A stretch of DNA of 64,000 nucleotides from Candidatus Dormiibacterota bacterium (GTDB taxonomy: Bacteria > Chloroflexota > Dormibacteria > Aeolococcales > Aeolococcaceae), in assembly GCA_963709585.1 (NCBI GenBank), contig CAVPXI010000006.1:273268-337267 (forward strand). The letters are read 5' to 3'. The notes below the pieces were generated by a model. That model searched no databases and was not told the DNA's origin. It saw nothing but the letters and a program-made list of their open reading frames with translations. This document shows, one piece after another, positions 9,501 to 22,121 of this stretch. Within the stretch, counting starts at the first letter, position 1. Each line of letters begins with the position of its first letter. The position numbers were made by a program, and so were the translations under genes.

Positions 9501-9572
9501 GTCGCCGCTGGGCTCCGGGGTCTGATTGAAATCACGCTTGCGGCGGTACTCTTCAAGGGTGGGTATTGGCAT
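6552..9572 (-). CDS. ligD: NHEJ DNA ligase D (phosphoesterase-ligase-polymerase/primase domain order)
   Basis: YRRKRDF..TPEP and QKHRATRMHFDFRLE (PE); ELKYDGIR, EGIVGK, WVKIK (LIG); LTNLDKVLW, VFDLDP, KTSG.TGLQIY, APYSLR (POL). Confidence 0.96.
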   Translation of the reverse strand: MPIPTLEEYRRKRDFNQTPEPSGDPTPRAEAERSAWEQLPHGKRFCVQKHRATRMHFDFRLEHDGVLLSWAIPRGPSLDPAKKRLAVQTEDHPIDYGEFEGVIPSGYGAGTVMLWDIGTFEWVKEFAEDYDRSRLKGDVKFRLQGTKLSGEFALVHIGERGRRYGGSSDGDKNWLMIKKRDASVVEGFEAIDLDVSVKTGRSLAQIANEGGGDPRETRRAARARNAPAVATTAAATAAAPTVASPALAEAPPPMLATPMDHAFSRDGLLFELKYDGIRAMVSVAGDLVRLTGRRGGDETRRYPEAVAIRAGIRARQAIVDGELVVLDADGRPSFERMQQRINVVRDADVRRVAAEHPVTFIAFDLLELEGRDLLSTELRIRKKTLRETVVDSPYILFAEHVERDGTSLFEIARESGIEGIVGKRADSLYRPGVRTPDWVKIKSWLSQSCVIAGYTAGRGRRTSQLGALILAVLDGTRLVHCGQVGTGFDEKALRDLRDRLRPLEVNTCPLDVTPKTSEPATWVRPELVCEVRFAGWTRDGILRHPAFRTLRPDQRPEDCMREAFLKTEPADGPTPSRAAIRAGNTPPIADATPSEKSAREGGTQAQQSARPRPSTGPSHAAPAKAPRPPREGAAATPRTKRRAQGVQTPAMAHRPPGGAVGSSATGGPGSEDASPTRKDDKPQETRPAGGEGPPPRQDPEDLQALAQLRTLKGNAHWEIAGRRLPLTNLDKVLWPADGITKRDMIEYYVRMAPYMLPYLRDRPLSMQVFPDGIDGKSFWRKDKPAHAPTWIESWTYQGEKTKTYIVVNEVATLAWVANAGVIDLHPWHSRIDAPNDPDWAVFDLDPFEPATFQDVVNIAKLVKAALDHYGMHGVIKTSGQTGLQIYVPVRRGPDYAVVRHWVEEVGRAIDQAAPGRVSWEWAVAKRTGRIRIDYTQNIINKTLAAPYSLRPAPGAPVSTPIEWTELDDPDLRPDRWNIATIAARVAATGDLFAPVLQADQDIPSRP

Positions 9573-9683
9573 GATTAACGACCCTCTCGACGAGGACAGC
9601 GGGGGGCGGAACGGACAGCGTCCTTCACGCTCCTGATGCTAGTGCAGCGCACTGCGCGAAACGAGCGAAATGACGCGCCGGGC

Positions 9684-9692
9684 TGGTAGAAT
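9684..9692 (+). promoter_or_regulatory. Putative extended -10 promoter (TGGTAGAAT) for gyrB operon
   Basis: TGn-TAGAAT about 140 nt upstream of gyrB in the divergent ligD/gyrB spacer. Confidence 0.5.
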
Positions 9693-9833
9693 AGACGTAC
9701 GTGGAACGGCCGATTTGAGCGGTCCCCGCTGGAACAGTCGAGCGGTTTCATCATTGGCCCCCTCTCTCACACTCACGTCACAACCGGAGCAGCACAGATA
9801 ACCGACACCGCACGCCCCGAACGCCCCGATGAG

Positions 9834-11825
9834 GTGGCGATCGAGCCAGAGACGAGCCCAACGACCAGCGTTGGAAACGGCAATCCGGATCCGCGCCCCG
9901 CAGGCTCCGGCCGGGTCGGCAAGGACACGTACTCGGCCGACCAGATCCAGATCCTGGAGGGTCTCGAGCCGGTTCGCCGCCGCCCCGGGATGTACATCGG
10001 GTCCACAGATCTCCGTGGTCTTCACCACCTCGTGGTCGAGCTCGTTGACAACAGCATCGACGAGGCTCTCGCCGGTTGGTGCGACACGATCAAGGTGGTC
10101 CTCCACGCGGACAAATCCGTGTCGGTGCTGGACAATGGTCGCGGCATCCCGGTGGGGATGCATCCGACCGCCAGGAAGTCCGCGCTCGAGGTTGTGCTGA
10201 CCACCCTCCACGCGGGTGGAAAGTTCGGCGGCGGAGGCTACAAGGTCTCCGGCGGACTCCACGGTGTCGGTCTCTCGGTCGTCAACGCACTCAGTGAGCG
10301 TCTGCTGGTCGAGGTGTACCTCGATGGTGAGACGCATCGCCAGGAGTACACCCGGGGCGTGCCCGACGGCCCCGTGGCCGTCGTCGGGACGACCGATCGC
10401 CGCGGCACCTACGTGCGGTTCTGGCCCGACCCCGAGATCTTCCCGGAGATCGAGTTCTCGTGGGACACGGTCTGCGATTCGCTGCGCAGCTACGCCTTTC
10501 TCAACAAGGGCATCACCATCCAGCTGGGCGACGAACGCGACGCCCGCGCGTACACATTCCATTTCGAGGGCGGCATCCAGTCGTTCGTCAGGTATCTCAA
10601 CGCAAACCGCAACGTCATCAACCAGAAGCCGATGTACGTGGAGCGGGAGATCGATGGCAATGTCGTCGAGATCGCGCTCCAGTATCAGAACACGGTGTTC
10701 ACCGAGCACGTCCTCGCGTTCGCCAACAACGTCCACACCGAGGAAGGTGGCGCGCACGTGACCGGGTTCCGCAGCGCGTTGACGGCGACACTCAACAAGT
10801 ACGCGCGCAAGGCCGCCATCCTCAAGGAGCAGGACCCCAACCTCAGCGGTGATGACGTGCGCGACGGATTGACCGCGGTGATCAGCGTCAAGCTGCGCGA
10901 GCCCCAGTTCGAGGGTCAGACCAAGACCAAGCTGGGAAACAGCGAAGTCGCGGGCCAGGTCTCGACGGTGCTGAGCGAGGCGCTCATGCAATACCTCGAG
11001 GAGAATCCGACCGACGGCCGCAAGATCATCGACCAGTCGCTCACGGCTGCGCGAGCGCGCCAGGCGGCCGCCAAGGCGCGCGACCTCGTCCAGCGCAAGT
11101 CGCTCCTCGAGTTGGCCACGCTGCCGGGGAAGCTCGTGGACTGCAGTGAGCGTGACCCGGCGCACTGCGAGATCTTCATCGTCGAAGGATTGTCCGCCGG
11201 CGGCACCGCCAAGGAGGCGCGCGAGCGCCGCAACCAGGCGATCCTTCCGCTGCGCGGCAAGATCCTCAATGTCGAGAAGGCGCGAGCCGACAAGATCCTC
11301 GGTAACGAACAGATCAAGGACCTGATCATGGCGCTCGGCGGTGGATTCGGCGAGACCTTCAGCGTCGACAAGCTGCGCTATCACCGCATCGTGCTCATGG
11401 CCGACGCCGATGTCGACGGCTCGCACATCCGCACCCTGTTGCTCACGTTCTTCTGGCGTCATCTGCGGCCGCTCGTCGACGGTGGGTTCCTCTACCTCGC
11501 GCAGCCACCGCTGTACAAGCTCGAGAAGGGCAAGGGTCGGAACAAGCAGACCGAGTACGCCTTCAGCGACGACCAGCGGGATGACAAGGTCAAGTCCATG
11601 GGCCGCGATACCGAGGTGTCGCGCTACAAGGGCCTCGGCGAGATGATGTCCGAGGAGTTGTGGGCAACCACCATGGACCCGGATCGCAGGGTTCTGCTCC
11701 AGGTCGGCGTTGCGGATGCGCTCAAGGCCGATGACATCTTCGACCGCCTGATGGGGTCGGACGTCGAACCCCGCAAGCGTTTCATCCAGACCCACGCCAC
11801 GAGCGTGCGCAACCTCGATATCTGA
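9834..11825 (+). CDS. gyrB: DNA gyrase subunit B (short type)
   Basis: [66 protein letters not shown]-terminus. Confidence 0.96.
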   Translation: MAIEPETSPTTSVGNGNPDPRPAGSGRVGKDTYSADQIQILEGLEPVRRRPGMYIGSTDLRGLHHLVVELVDNSIDEALAGWCDTIKVVLHADKSVSVLDNGRGIPVGMHPTARKSALEVVLTTLHAGGKFGGGGYKVSGGLHGVGLSVVNALSERLLVEVYLDGETHRQEYTRGVPDGPVAVVGTTDRRGTYVRFWPDPEIFPEIEFSWDTVCDSLRSYAFLNKGITIQLGDERDARAYTFHFEGGIQSFVRYLNANRNVINQKPMYVEREIDGNVVEIALQYQNTVFTEHVLAFANNVHTEEGGAHVTGFRSALTATLNKYARKAAILKEQDPNLSGDDVRDGLTAVISVKLREPQFEGQTKTKLGNSEVAGQVSTVLSEALMQYLEENPTDGRKIIDQSLTAARARQAAAKARDLVQRKSLLELATLPGKLVDCSERDPAHCEIFIVEGLSAGGTAKEARERRNQAILPLRGKILNVEKARADKILGNEQIKDLIMALGGGFGETFSVDKLRYHRIVLMADADVDGSHIRTLLLTFFWRHLRPLVDGGFLYLAQPPLYKLEKGKGRNKQTEYAFSDDQRDDKVKSMGRDTEVSRYKGLGEMMSEELWATTMDPDRRVLLQVGVADALKADDIFDRLMGSDVEPRKRFIQTHATSVRNLDI

Positions 11826-12837
11826 TGCCGCTTCCGATCGCGGTCGACGCGATGGGCGGCGACCAGGCCCCAGCCGAGATCGTCCGCGGCGCGCTCCGCG
11901 CAGTCAACGAGCACGGCATCGCGGTCACCCTGGTCGGCCAGCGCGAAGTGGTCGAACAGGAGCTTCGCGCAGCGGGGGCCTCCACTCCAGGTGGGATCGA
12001 CATCGTCGACGCCCGCGACGTCATCGAGATGAACGAGCACCCGGCGAGCGCGGTGCGTGCCAAGCGCGACTCGTCGCTGGTGAGCAGCTGCGCCCTGGTC
12101 GCCGGCGCCCGGGCGCGTGCGGTCGTCAGTGCCGGCAACAGCGGGGCAATGCTCGCCGCCGCGCTCTTCACCATCAGGCGGATCCCCGGGGTTGCCCGGC
12201 CCGCCATCGGCGCCTCCTTCCCCAGCGATGCCGGGCAGACCTTCATCCTGGATGTTGGTGCCAACACCGACTGCAAGCCGGAGTGGCTCGCGCAGTTCGC
12301 GCTGATGGGTGACGTCTACGCTCAGACCATGCTCGCCATCCCCCGTCCCCGTGTCGCGTTGCTCAGCAACGGCGAGGAGGCCGAGAAGGGTTCGGAACTG
12401 GTCCAGGCGGCTCACCCGCTGATCGCGGCGCTGCCGATCCAGTTCGTCGGCAACGTCGAAGGCAAGGACATCTTTCGCGGCTCGTGCGACGTGGTGGTCA
12501 CCGATGGTTTCACCGGTAACGTCGTGCTCAAGGCGGCCGAGGGTATCGGCGAGTTCCTGTTCGCGAGCATCGCCCGCGAGGCACGCAAGTCGTTCGCCGG
12601 CAAACTCGGCGGCGCGCTCCTCAAGCCGAGATTGCGCCCGCTGCGCGACCGGATCGACTACCGGAAGACCGGCGGAGCGCTCCTACTCGGTGTCGCCGGC
12701 GAGGTCGTGATCGCCCACGGGCGATCCGATGCAGAAGCGACCATGAACGCGATTCGAGTCGCTGCCCGCGCGGCCGAACAGGGTGTCAGCAAACTGATCG
12801 CGGGCGCAGTGAGCAGCCCAGCGGAGGTGCCCGCGTA

Positions 12838-12838
<1 letters not shown>
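11825..12838 (+). CDS. plsX: Phosphate acyltransferase PlsX
   Basis: IAVDAMGGDQAP, SAGNSGA, LDVGAN, GNVEG, DGFTGNV, GGALLLG, HGRS. Confidence 0.96.
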
Positions 12839-15292
<2,454 letters not shown>

Positions 15293-15296
<4 letters not shown>

Positions 15297-16966
15297 CCGA
15301 GATCTTCCGTCTCGCCAACTCGTACGTCGACGAGCTCTGCGCGCTCGACCCATTCACCGCCACCTACCTCGGCCGACCCGAGCACGACGACGAGGTCACC
15401 GACTACTCGCCCGACGGCGTCGATGCGCGGGTCGACCTTGCCGGCCGGACGCTTCGAGCCCTCGCCCAGGCGACCGTCGAGAACGATGCCGATCGCATCG
15501 CCGCGGCGGTCATACGCGACCGGCTGGAGGCCGAGGTCGAGGGGTACCAGGCAGGCGCCCCATGGCGCCAGCTCTCCAATTTCAACTCTCCGATCTCCTT
15601 CATCCGGATGGCGTTCGACCTTTGCCCTCGGGATATGCCCGAGGACTGGGAGCGGATCGCGACCCGCATGAGCCGGATTCCCGACGCGCTCGACGGCTTC
15701 ACCGCATCACTGCGGCATGGGCTCGCGAACGGTTTGATCGCCCCGCGCCGCCAGGCCATGGTCTGCGCCGGCCAGGCTGCAACGCTCGGTGGTCTCGACT
15801 CCGATGACCCGCCCTACTTCGCCGGCATCGCCGCCGAGGTGGCGCACGACGACGCGATGGCCCGCAGGCTTCGCCAGAGCGCGCAAGCGGCAACCTCGGC
15901 CTACGCGGCGATGTCGACCTTCATGCGCGAGGAGTACGCGCCGCAAGCCCCCGTGGGTGACGCCGTCGGGCGCGAGCTCTATGCCATCGGCATGCGTCGG
16001 TGGCTCGGCATGACCCGCGACCCGGAGGAGATCTACGCCTGGGGCTGGGACGAGCTGCACCGCATCGAAGCCGAGATGGCCGTGACCGCCGAGCAGATCG
16101 GTCCCGGCGCCGGTGTCGCCGGCGCGATGGCGGTGCTCCGCGACGACCCCGCGCGCAGCATCGAGGGCATCGACAGGCTGCTCGCCCATCTCCAGGAGTT
16201 GACCGATCGGACCATCGCGGATCTCGACGGCACGCATTTCGACATCCCCGAGCCGCTGCATCGCGTCGAATGCCGGGAGGCGCCTCCGGGCACCGCGGCG
16301 GCGATGTACTACACAGCACCTTCGGCGGACTTCAGCCGGCCGGGGCGCACGTGGTACCCGGCCAAAGGGCAGACCCGGTTTCCGCTCTGGACCGAGGTGA
16401 CCACCGCATACCACGAAGGCGTTCCCGGGCATCACCTGCAAATCGGGCTCTGCATGACGTTCCAGGAGCGGCTGGCCACGTTTCAGCGCCAGCTGGGAAC
16501 GTATGCCGGTCACGGCGAGGGATGGGCGCTGTACGCCGAGCGGCTGATGCAGGAGCTCGGCTACCTCCAGAACCCCGATTACCTGCTCGGCATGCTCGCC
16601 TCCCAGGCGTTCCGCGCCATGCGCGTCATCGTCGATATCGGGCTGCACCTCCAGCTCCCGATTCCGACCAACGAGACCTACCGTCCCGGGCGGGTCTGGG
16701 ACTGGGATACGGCGCTGCCGTTCGTCAGCCGGTATTGCGGGTTCGCGGGACCCGATATGGCGCGTAGCGAGCTCGAGCGCTATTGCGGGATGCCCGCCCA
16801 GGCGATCAGCTACAAAGTGGGCGAGCGAGTCTGGCTCGACGTCCGCGCCCAACTCCGAGCCAGGCTCGGCTCGGCGTTCGACCTGAAGCGATTCCACATG
16901 GAAGCGCTCAATGTCGGATCGCTGCCACTCGATCGGCTCGAGCGGGAGTTGCTCGGAACCAACTGA
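15293..16966 (+). CDS. DUF885-family protein (metallopeptidase-like)
   Basis: YHEGVPGHHLQ, EGWALYAE, PAQAISYKVG, FDLKRFH. Confidence 0.9.
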
Positions 16967-17074
16967 CCCGCGCCCGTCGGGTCAGGGAGGGTTGGTTTGG
17001 GGGCGCTCCTGCACCCCGTCACCAGTCCGAGTGTGCCGGGCCGGACGCTCATGCCCGGGCCTGGCGGACGATCG

Positions 17075-17221
17075 CTAGGCGGCCTTGCCGATCTTGAAGA
17101 TCTTGGTGCCGCAGACGGGGCAGGTGCCGGTGGTCGCCGGTTTGCCGTTCTTCATCGTGATCGCCTCAGCGCCCTTGATCTCGCGCTGTTCCTTGCATTT
17201 GAGGCAATAGCCAGTGGCCAT
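17075..17221 (-). CDS. 48-aa basic Zn-ribbon protein (DUF5679-like)
   Basis: MATGYCLKCKEQREIKGAEAITMKNGKPATTGTCPVCGTKIFKIGKAA; strong SD GGAGGAG; below ORF-track cutoff. Confidence 0.85.
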   Translation of the reverse strand: MATGYCLKCKEQREIKGAEAITMKNGKPATTGTCPVCGTKIFKIGKAA

Positions 17222-17363
17222 GTGCTCCTCCGGGGTGGTGGGGGTGGTTCTGCGACTGCTCGGAGGCAGGTTGCGGGCATTCTAAGCACATCAGGCCCGA
17301 ATTGGAGCCGAACTCAGCCCGGGGCCCCGGCCGGGGCCGTCAGATAAGCCCCTGCGGGCGTGG

Positions 17364-18068
17364 TCACACCGGGGCAACCGTGGTGGCGAGATGAGTCCGG
17401 AAGAAGGCTCGAGTCCGGTCCCAGGCCAGGCGCGCGGCGTCCGCGTCGTGGACATCCGGGCGGGTGTCGTTGAAGAACGCGTGATCGGCACCCGCGTACC
17501 AGAAGAACTCGACATCGACGCCGGCGCCGCGAAGCTCGGCCTCGAGCGCATCGACCTGCTCAGGCGTATATGCCTCGTCCTTTTCCGCGAAGTGGCCGAG
17601 CACCGCGCCCTTGATCTTGGTGACGTCCGGCTTGGCAGCGGCAGTGACGCCCATGTATGGATAGAACGGGACCACGGCCGCGAAGACGTCGCTCAGGGTT
17701 GCGGCGTAGATGGCGAGGGCGCCGCCCATGCAGAAGCCGACGATGCCGACCCGGTCCCCGGCGGTGCGCTCGCTCGCTGCCAGCCACTTGCCGGCCCCGA
17801 GCATGTCGCGCGCGGCCTCGGCGAGGTCGAGTTCCATGAGCAACTTGCCCGCCTCATCCGGCTCCTTGGTCTCCTTGCCGTGGTACAGGTCCGGAGCCAG
17901 GGCGACGAACCCTTCGGCGGCAAACCGGTCGCAGAGATCGCGGATGTGCGCGTTGACTCCCCACCACTCCTGGATGACCACGACGCCCGGTCCCCGGCCG
18001 CTCGGAGGGGTCGCGAGGTATCCGCCGCAGGTGTGTCCGTTGCTGGGAAACTCAACCGTCTCGCCCAT
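17364..18068 (-). CDS. Dienelactone hydrolase family protein
   Basis: IQEWWG, APDLY, GFCMGG, HAFFN. Confidence 0.93.
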   Translation of the reverse strand: MGETVEFPSNGHTCGGYLATPPSGRGPGVVVIQEWWGVNAHIRDLCDRFAAEGFVALAPDLYHGKETKEPDEAGKLLMELDLAEAARDMLGAGKWLAASERTAGDRVGIVGFCMGGALAIYAATLSDVFAAVVPFYPYMGVTAAAKPDVTKIKGAVLGHFAEKDEAYTPEQVDALEAELRGAGVDVEFFWYAGADHAFFNDTRPDVHDADAARLAWDRTRAFFRTHLATTVAPV

Positions 18069-18144
18069 TGCTCACTCCTTCATCGCATGCAGTTCTCTCG
18101 CGTCACTGTGGCGCAGCCCGGCGACCGCGAGCGCGAACGCCGGC

Positions 18145-20220
18145 TCATGCTGCCGAATGCTCGTTGGTGTGTGTCTCGATGAGCTTTTGAGCGACGTGCG
18201 CCGGCACCTCCTCGTAGCTCGAGAATGCCATCGAATATCTGCCGCGCCCCTGGGTCATCGCGCGCAGTTCGACCGGGAATGTGTACATCTCCGCTTGGGG
18301 GACATGCGCGTTGATCTCGGCTCGCCCGTCACCGAGAGGATTCACGCCACCGACGCGACCGCGCTTTGAGTTGAGCAGTCCCATGATGTCGCCCGTGAAG
18401 CGCTCGGGGACGGTGACGTTGACGTTCATGATCGGTTCGAGGATGACCGGGGAGGCCTTCTGTACCGCTTCGCGCATCGCCATCGCCCCCGCGATCTGAA
18501 AGGCGATGTCCTTGCCGTCAACGCTGTGCGTCGAGCCATCGACCAGGCGCACCCTGATGTCGACGATCGGGTTCCCGGTCACCGCTCCCTGCTCCATGGT
18601 CTGGCGAACACCCTTCTCGACCGACGGCCGGAACTGGTGGGGGATCGATCCGCCGAAGATCTTGTCCTCCCATTCGTAGCCGCCACCGCGAGGCAGCGGC
18701 TCGATCTCGATCGTCGCGTCGCCGTAGAGGCCGGCGCCGCCCGACTGCTTCTTGTACTTGTGGCCGACGCGAGCGGTGCCGGTGATGGTTTCGCGATACG
18801 GGATCTTGGGCGGATGCAGCTCGGCGTCCACGCCGAACTTTCGCTTCATACGCTCCAGCGCGACATCGAGGTGCACGTCGCCGAGGCCGTGGACGAGGAC
18901 CTCGTTGGTCACCGGGTCGCGGTCGGTGGAGAAGGTCGCGTCCTCCTCCGTCAGACGAGCGAGCGCGCTCATGATCTTGTCCTCGTCGCCCTTGGAGCGA
19001 GCGACGATCGCCGCCGAGGCGGTCGCGGCCGGCCACGGCAGCGGTGCCAGCAGCACCGGGGCATCCTTCGCGCAGAGGGTGTCGCCGGTCTGCGTATGGG
19101 TCAGCTTGGTGACCACGCCGATGTCGCCCGCGACCACCTCGGTGGCGGTGACGATCGCTTTGCCGTTGGGCTGGCCGAGCTGCGCGAAACGTTCCTCCTG
19201 ACCGAGGCGCGCCGTGATCGGATGGCTGTCGCCGCGCATGGTGCCGCGCAGCACCTTGAAGAACGAGACCTTGCCGAAGGTGTCGACGGTGGTCTTGAAG
19301 ACGAACGCACACAGCTTGCCGCTCGGGTCGCACGCGAGGGCGACGTCGTTGCCCTTCGGGTCCTGGCCGGCACGCGTGCGCTCGGTCGGCGCCGGGAGAT
19401 ATCGAACGATGCTGTCGAGCACCATCGCAGCGCCCTTCTCCGTCGCCGCGGATGCGCACACGATCGGCACCAGCGTGCCGCGCGCGGTCGCGGCGTGGAG
19501 CGCGCCCCGCACCTCGTCGTCGGTGAGCTCGGTGCCCTCGAGATACTTCTCGAGCAGCGCATCGTCACTCTCGGCGGCGGCGTCGACGAGCGCGGCGTGC
19601 GCTCGTTCGATCTCGATGCTCATCTCGTCCGGCACGGCTGTGTCGGTGGCGCGGCCGTGGTCGTCGAAGGCATGCGCGCGGTCGTCGACGAGGTCGACGT
19701 ATCCCCGGAACCCATCGGCCGCCCCGATCGGCACCGCAACCGCGATCGGCTTTCGCGAGAAGGCCTCGCGGAGCGCGTCGACGGTCGCTTCGTAGGCGGC
19801 GTTCTCCTTGTCCATGCGGTTCACCACGATCAGCGCGGGGACCCCGGCCGCCTGGATCATCTCCCAGGCCATCTCGGCGCCCACCGGTACGATCCCGGTG
19901 GCGGCGACGACCAGGATGGCCGCGTCGGCCACGGCCAGGCCCTCGACCACCTCGCCGGCGAAGTCCTGGAACCCGGGAGCGTCGATCAGGTTCACCCGGG
20001 AGCCGTCCCAGTCGCAGTGCGCGACCGACAGCCCGATGCTCATCGAGTGGCGCTGCTCCTCGGGCTCGTGGTCGAAGAGCGACGTCGCCTGCTCGGTCGA
20101 GCCCATGCGCTGGGTTGCGCCGGCGGTGTGCAGCAACGCCTCGCAGAGAGTCGTCTTCCCGTCGTGGCTGTGACCGACGACGGCGACTGTGCGGATGCGA
20201 TCAGGTGTGGGCGTCGGCAT
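18145..20220 (-). CDS. Elongation factor G paralog (EF-G2 / FusA2-like)
   Basis: GHSHDGKTT, DAPGF, NRMD, GLGDVHL, IPYRETI, KKQSGG, LVDGSTH, LEPIM; not in an rpsL-rpsG-tuf operon. Confidence 0.9.
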   Translation of the reverse strand: MPTPTPDRIRTVAVVGHSHDGKTTLCEALLHTAGATQRMGSTEQATSLFDHEPEEQRHSMSIGLSVAHCDWDGSRVNLIDAPGFQDFAGEVVEGLAVADAAILVVAATGIVPVGAEMAWEMIQAAGVPALIVVNRMDKENAAYEATVDALREAFSRKPIAVAVPIGAADGFRGYVDLVDDRAHAFDDHGRATDTAVPDEMSIEIERAHAALVDAAAESDDALLEKYLEGTELTDDEVRGALHAATARGTLVPIVCASAATEKGAAMVLDSIVRYLPAPTERTRAGQDPKGNDVALACDPSGKLCAFVFKTTVDTFGKVSFFKVLRGTMRGDSHPITARLGQEERFAQLGQPNGKAIVTATEVVAGDIGVVTKLTHTQTGDTLCAKDAPVLLAPLPWPAATASAAIVARSKGDEDKIMSALARLTEEDATFSTDRDPVTNEVLVHGLGDVHLDVALERMKRKFGVDAELHPPKIPYRETITGTARVGHKYKKQSGGAGLYGDATIEIEPLPRGGGYEWEDKIFGGSIPHQFRPSVEKGVRQTMEQGAVTGNPIVDIRVRLVDGSTHSVDGKDIAFQIAGAMAMREAVQKASPVILEPIMNVNVTVPERFTGDIMGLLNSKRGRVGGVNPLGDGRAEINAHVPQAEMYTFPVELRAMTQGRGRYSMAFSSYEEVPAHVAQKLIETHTNEHSAA

Positions 20221-20297
20221 GGTGAATCAACTCCAGACAGGATTCCCGGACCGAAGGAACGAATGGTAGCGGCTCGCACGGCCCGTCGAGGGGCGCG

Positions 20298-21149
20298 TCA
20301 GTGCTGCCGGCGGCGCGCCACCACGAGCACCGTTTCGGAGAGCGCATGAGCCGCCGAGCCGCTCCACCCGTCGAACATCGTGACGTCGGGAAGCCCGGCT
20401 CGGGCGAAGAGGCGCGGGATCGATCCGAAGGGGCACAGCCAGCCGCTCGTCTGCCGCACCGACACCGAGCCGTCATCGAAGATCGCGACCTCTCGAAGCA
20501 CGTAGGTGTGGCGGCGCTGGTCGTAGACGGCGTCGCCGAGGAGCAGGTGGCGCCGGTCGGACAGCAGCGAGTTGGGCACTACGTCCCACCAGTCGATCCG
20601 GCCGGGCGGCTGCTCCGGGCGGAGGCGCAATTCCGCGATCAGGGACCCGTGCGGCGCGAGGGACGCCGCGATCCGAGCCAGCACCTTGGGCTGCTCCAGC
20701 CGCGAGAACGCCTCGAGGACGAAGTACACGAGCAGCGCCGCGTCGAATCGCCCGGCTGGGAGCGGTACATCGCGCAGGTCCCCGGCGACGAAGCGAGCTC
20801 TCCCGAGCAGAGGCGCGTCCCGCGCCAGGCCGCGCGCGTGGCGGAGCGCGGCGGTGCTCACGTCGATGCCGGTCACATCGTGACCCAGGGCGGCGAGCGG
20901 CACCGCGTACAGCCCTGGGCCGCATCCGGCGTCGAGGATCCGCGCCGGCGGTGTCGGGAGGAGCCGGCGCAGGCGTCGAACCTGCCCGGCAATCACCGAC
21001 CGCCTCCGGCTCGCGCCGTCGTGGGATTGGTCGAGGTGCTCACGCAGCAGGCGTCGCGCGAACTCCGGGCGTCCCCAGTCCAACTCTGCAGCGAAGTCGA
21101 AGGGGACGGGCCACGGCGGGATGGTTGTCGGACGGAGCCTGCGCGGCAT
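20298..21149 (-). CDS. Class I SAM-dependent methyltransferase
   Basis: ILDAGCGPG, GIDVS, GDLRD. Confidence 0.88.
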   Translation of the reverse strand: MPRRLRPTTIPPWPVPFDFAAELDWGRPEFARRLLREHLDQSHDGASRRRSVIAGQVRRLRRLLPTPPARILDAGCGPGLYAVPLAALGHDVTGIDVSTAALRHARGLARDAPLLGRARFVAGDLRDVPLPAGRFDAALLVYFVLEAFSRLEQPKVLARIAASLAPHGSLIAELRLRPEQPPGRIDWWDVVPNSLLSDRRHLLLGDAVYDQRRHTYVLREVAIFDDGSVSVRQTSGWLCPFGSIPRLFARAGLPDVTMFDGWSGSAAHALSETVLVVARRRQH

Positions 21150-21181
21150 GTCCGCGGCAGCGTAGGCCACAATCCCCGGCG

Positions 21182-21793
21182 ATGGGCGGCGTCATCGGCC
21201 AGTGGGTGACCAGCGGAGGACTGTTCATCGTGCTCGTGCTGATGCTCGTCAACAGCTGCGGCGTGCCCTTCCCGAGCGAGGTGATCATGCCCGTGGCGGG
21301 GGTGCTCGCGGCCGCCGGTCACTTCAGCATCGTCCTGGTGATCATTGCCGGGGTCGCCGGCAACTGGCTCGGGGCGCTGCTTGCGTATTCGCTGGCCCGG
21401 CGCTTCGGCCGCCCCCTGCTGCTCGGTCCGGGACGTCGCATCGGCATCAAACCGAGACACCTCGACCTCGCCGACCACTGGATCGACCGCTACGGGCTGG
21501 CAGCGGTCTTCTTCGGGAGAATGCTCCCGGTGATCCACACGTACATCTCGTTCCCAGCCGGGCTCGCGAAGATGCAGCCGGTCTGGTTCGCCGGGCTTTC
21601 GCTGCTCGGATCCACCGTCTGGGTCACCTTTCTCGCGATCCTCGGGTACGAGGTCGGGGCGAACTACACCAAGGTGTCGGGTCCGATCGGCACGGCAGCA
21701 ATCGTTATCGCTGTGATCGTGGTGGTCGTGGTGGTCGTCTGGTACGTCCGTGGTCGGGGACGAGACGCACCACCGTCACCCGCCGGCGGTTAG
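21182..21793 (+). CDS. DedA-family membrane protein
   Basis: PFPSEVIMP.AG, FFGRMLP, ISFPAG. Confidence 0.93.
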   Translation: MGGVIGQWVTSGGLFIVLVLMLVNSCGVPFPSEVIMPVAGVLAAAGHFSIVLVIIAGVAGNWLGALLAYSLARRFGRPLLLGPGRRIGIKPRHLDLADHWIDRYGLAAVFFGRMLPVIHTYISFPAGLAKMQPVWFAGLSLLGSTVWVTFLAILGYEVGANYTKVSGPIGTAAIVIAVIVVVVVVVWYVRGRGRDAPPSPAGG

Positions 21794-21800
21794 CGCCGGG

Positions 21801-22016
21801 TCAGGACATGTCCGGCCACGGGCTCGCGGCGTCTGCTTCGCCGTCATCACCCTCGGCCCGCTGGCGGTAGCGGTCGGCGACCATCTTGTACGCGACCGTC
21901 TTGGGGAGGCCCAGCTTGACGAGGCTCTTGACCTCGTCGGCCATCACCTTGTCGCGGGCGGTCTCGATCGACGCGACGAGATCCTCAATGGAAACTGTGG
22001 AAGCGCGCTTGGACAT
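21801..22016 (-). CDS. Small hypothetical helical protein (71 aa)
   Basis: MSKRASTVSIEDLVASIETARDKVMADEVKSLVKLGLPKTVAYKMVADRY...; host-like codon usage; fills the DedA-gcvPA gap. Confidence 0.6.
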   Translation of the reverse strand: MSKRASTVSIEDLVASIETARDKVMADEVKSLVKLGLPKTVAYKMVADRYRQRAEGDDGEADAASPWPDMS

Positions 22017-22121
22017 CACCTGCAGTCTACCAACGGTTCGGCGGAGCAAACCTCCCGGCCCTGAGCCGGGCGGTGGGCTCGCGCCTCCCGGGCACCTCCC
22101 GTGGCCCGGCATACTTTGAGC

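Noticed and set aside
9639-11795. Long antisense ORFs (718 aa opposite gyrB, also 4296-5894, 18526-20349, 25972-27612 and others)
   Set aside because: Shadow frames expected at high GC3; no recognisable motifs, and the opposite strand carries clear genes
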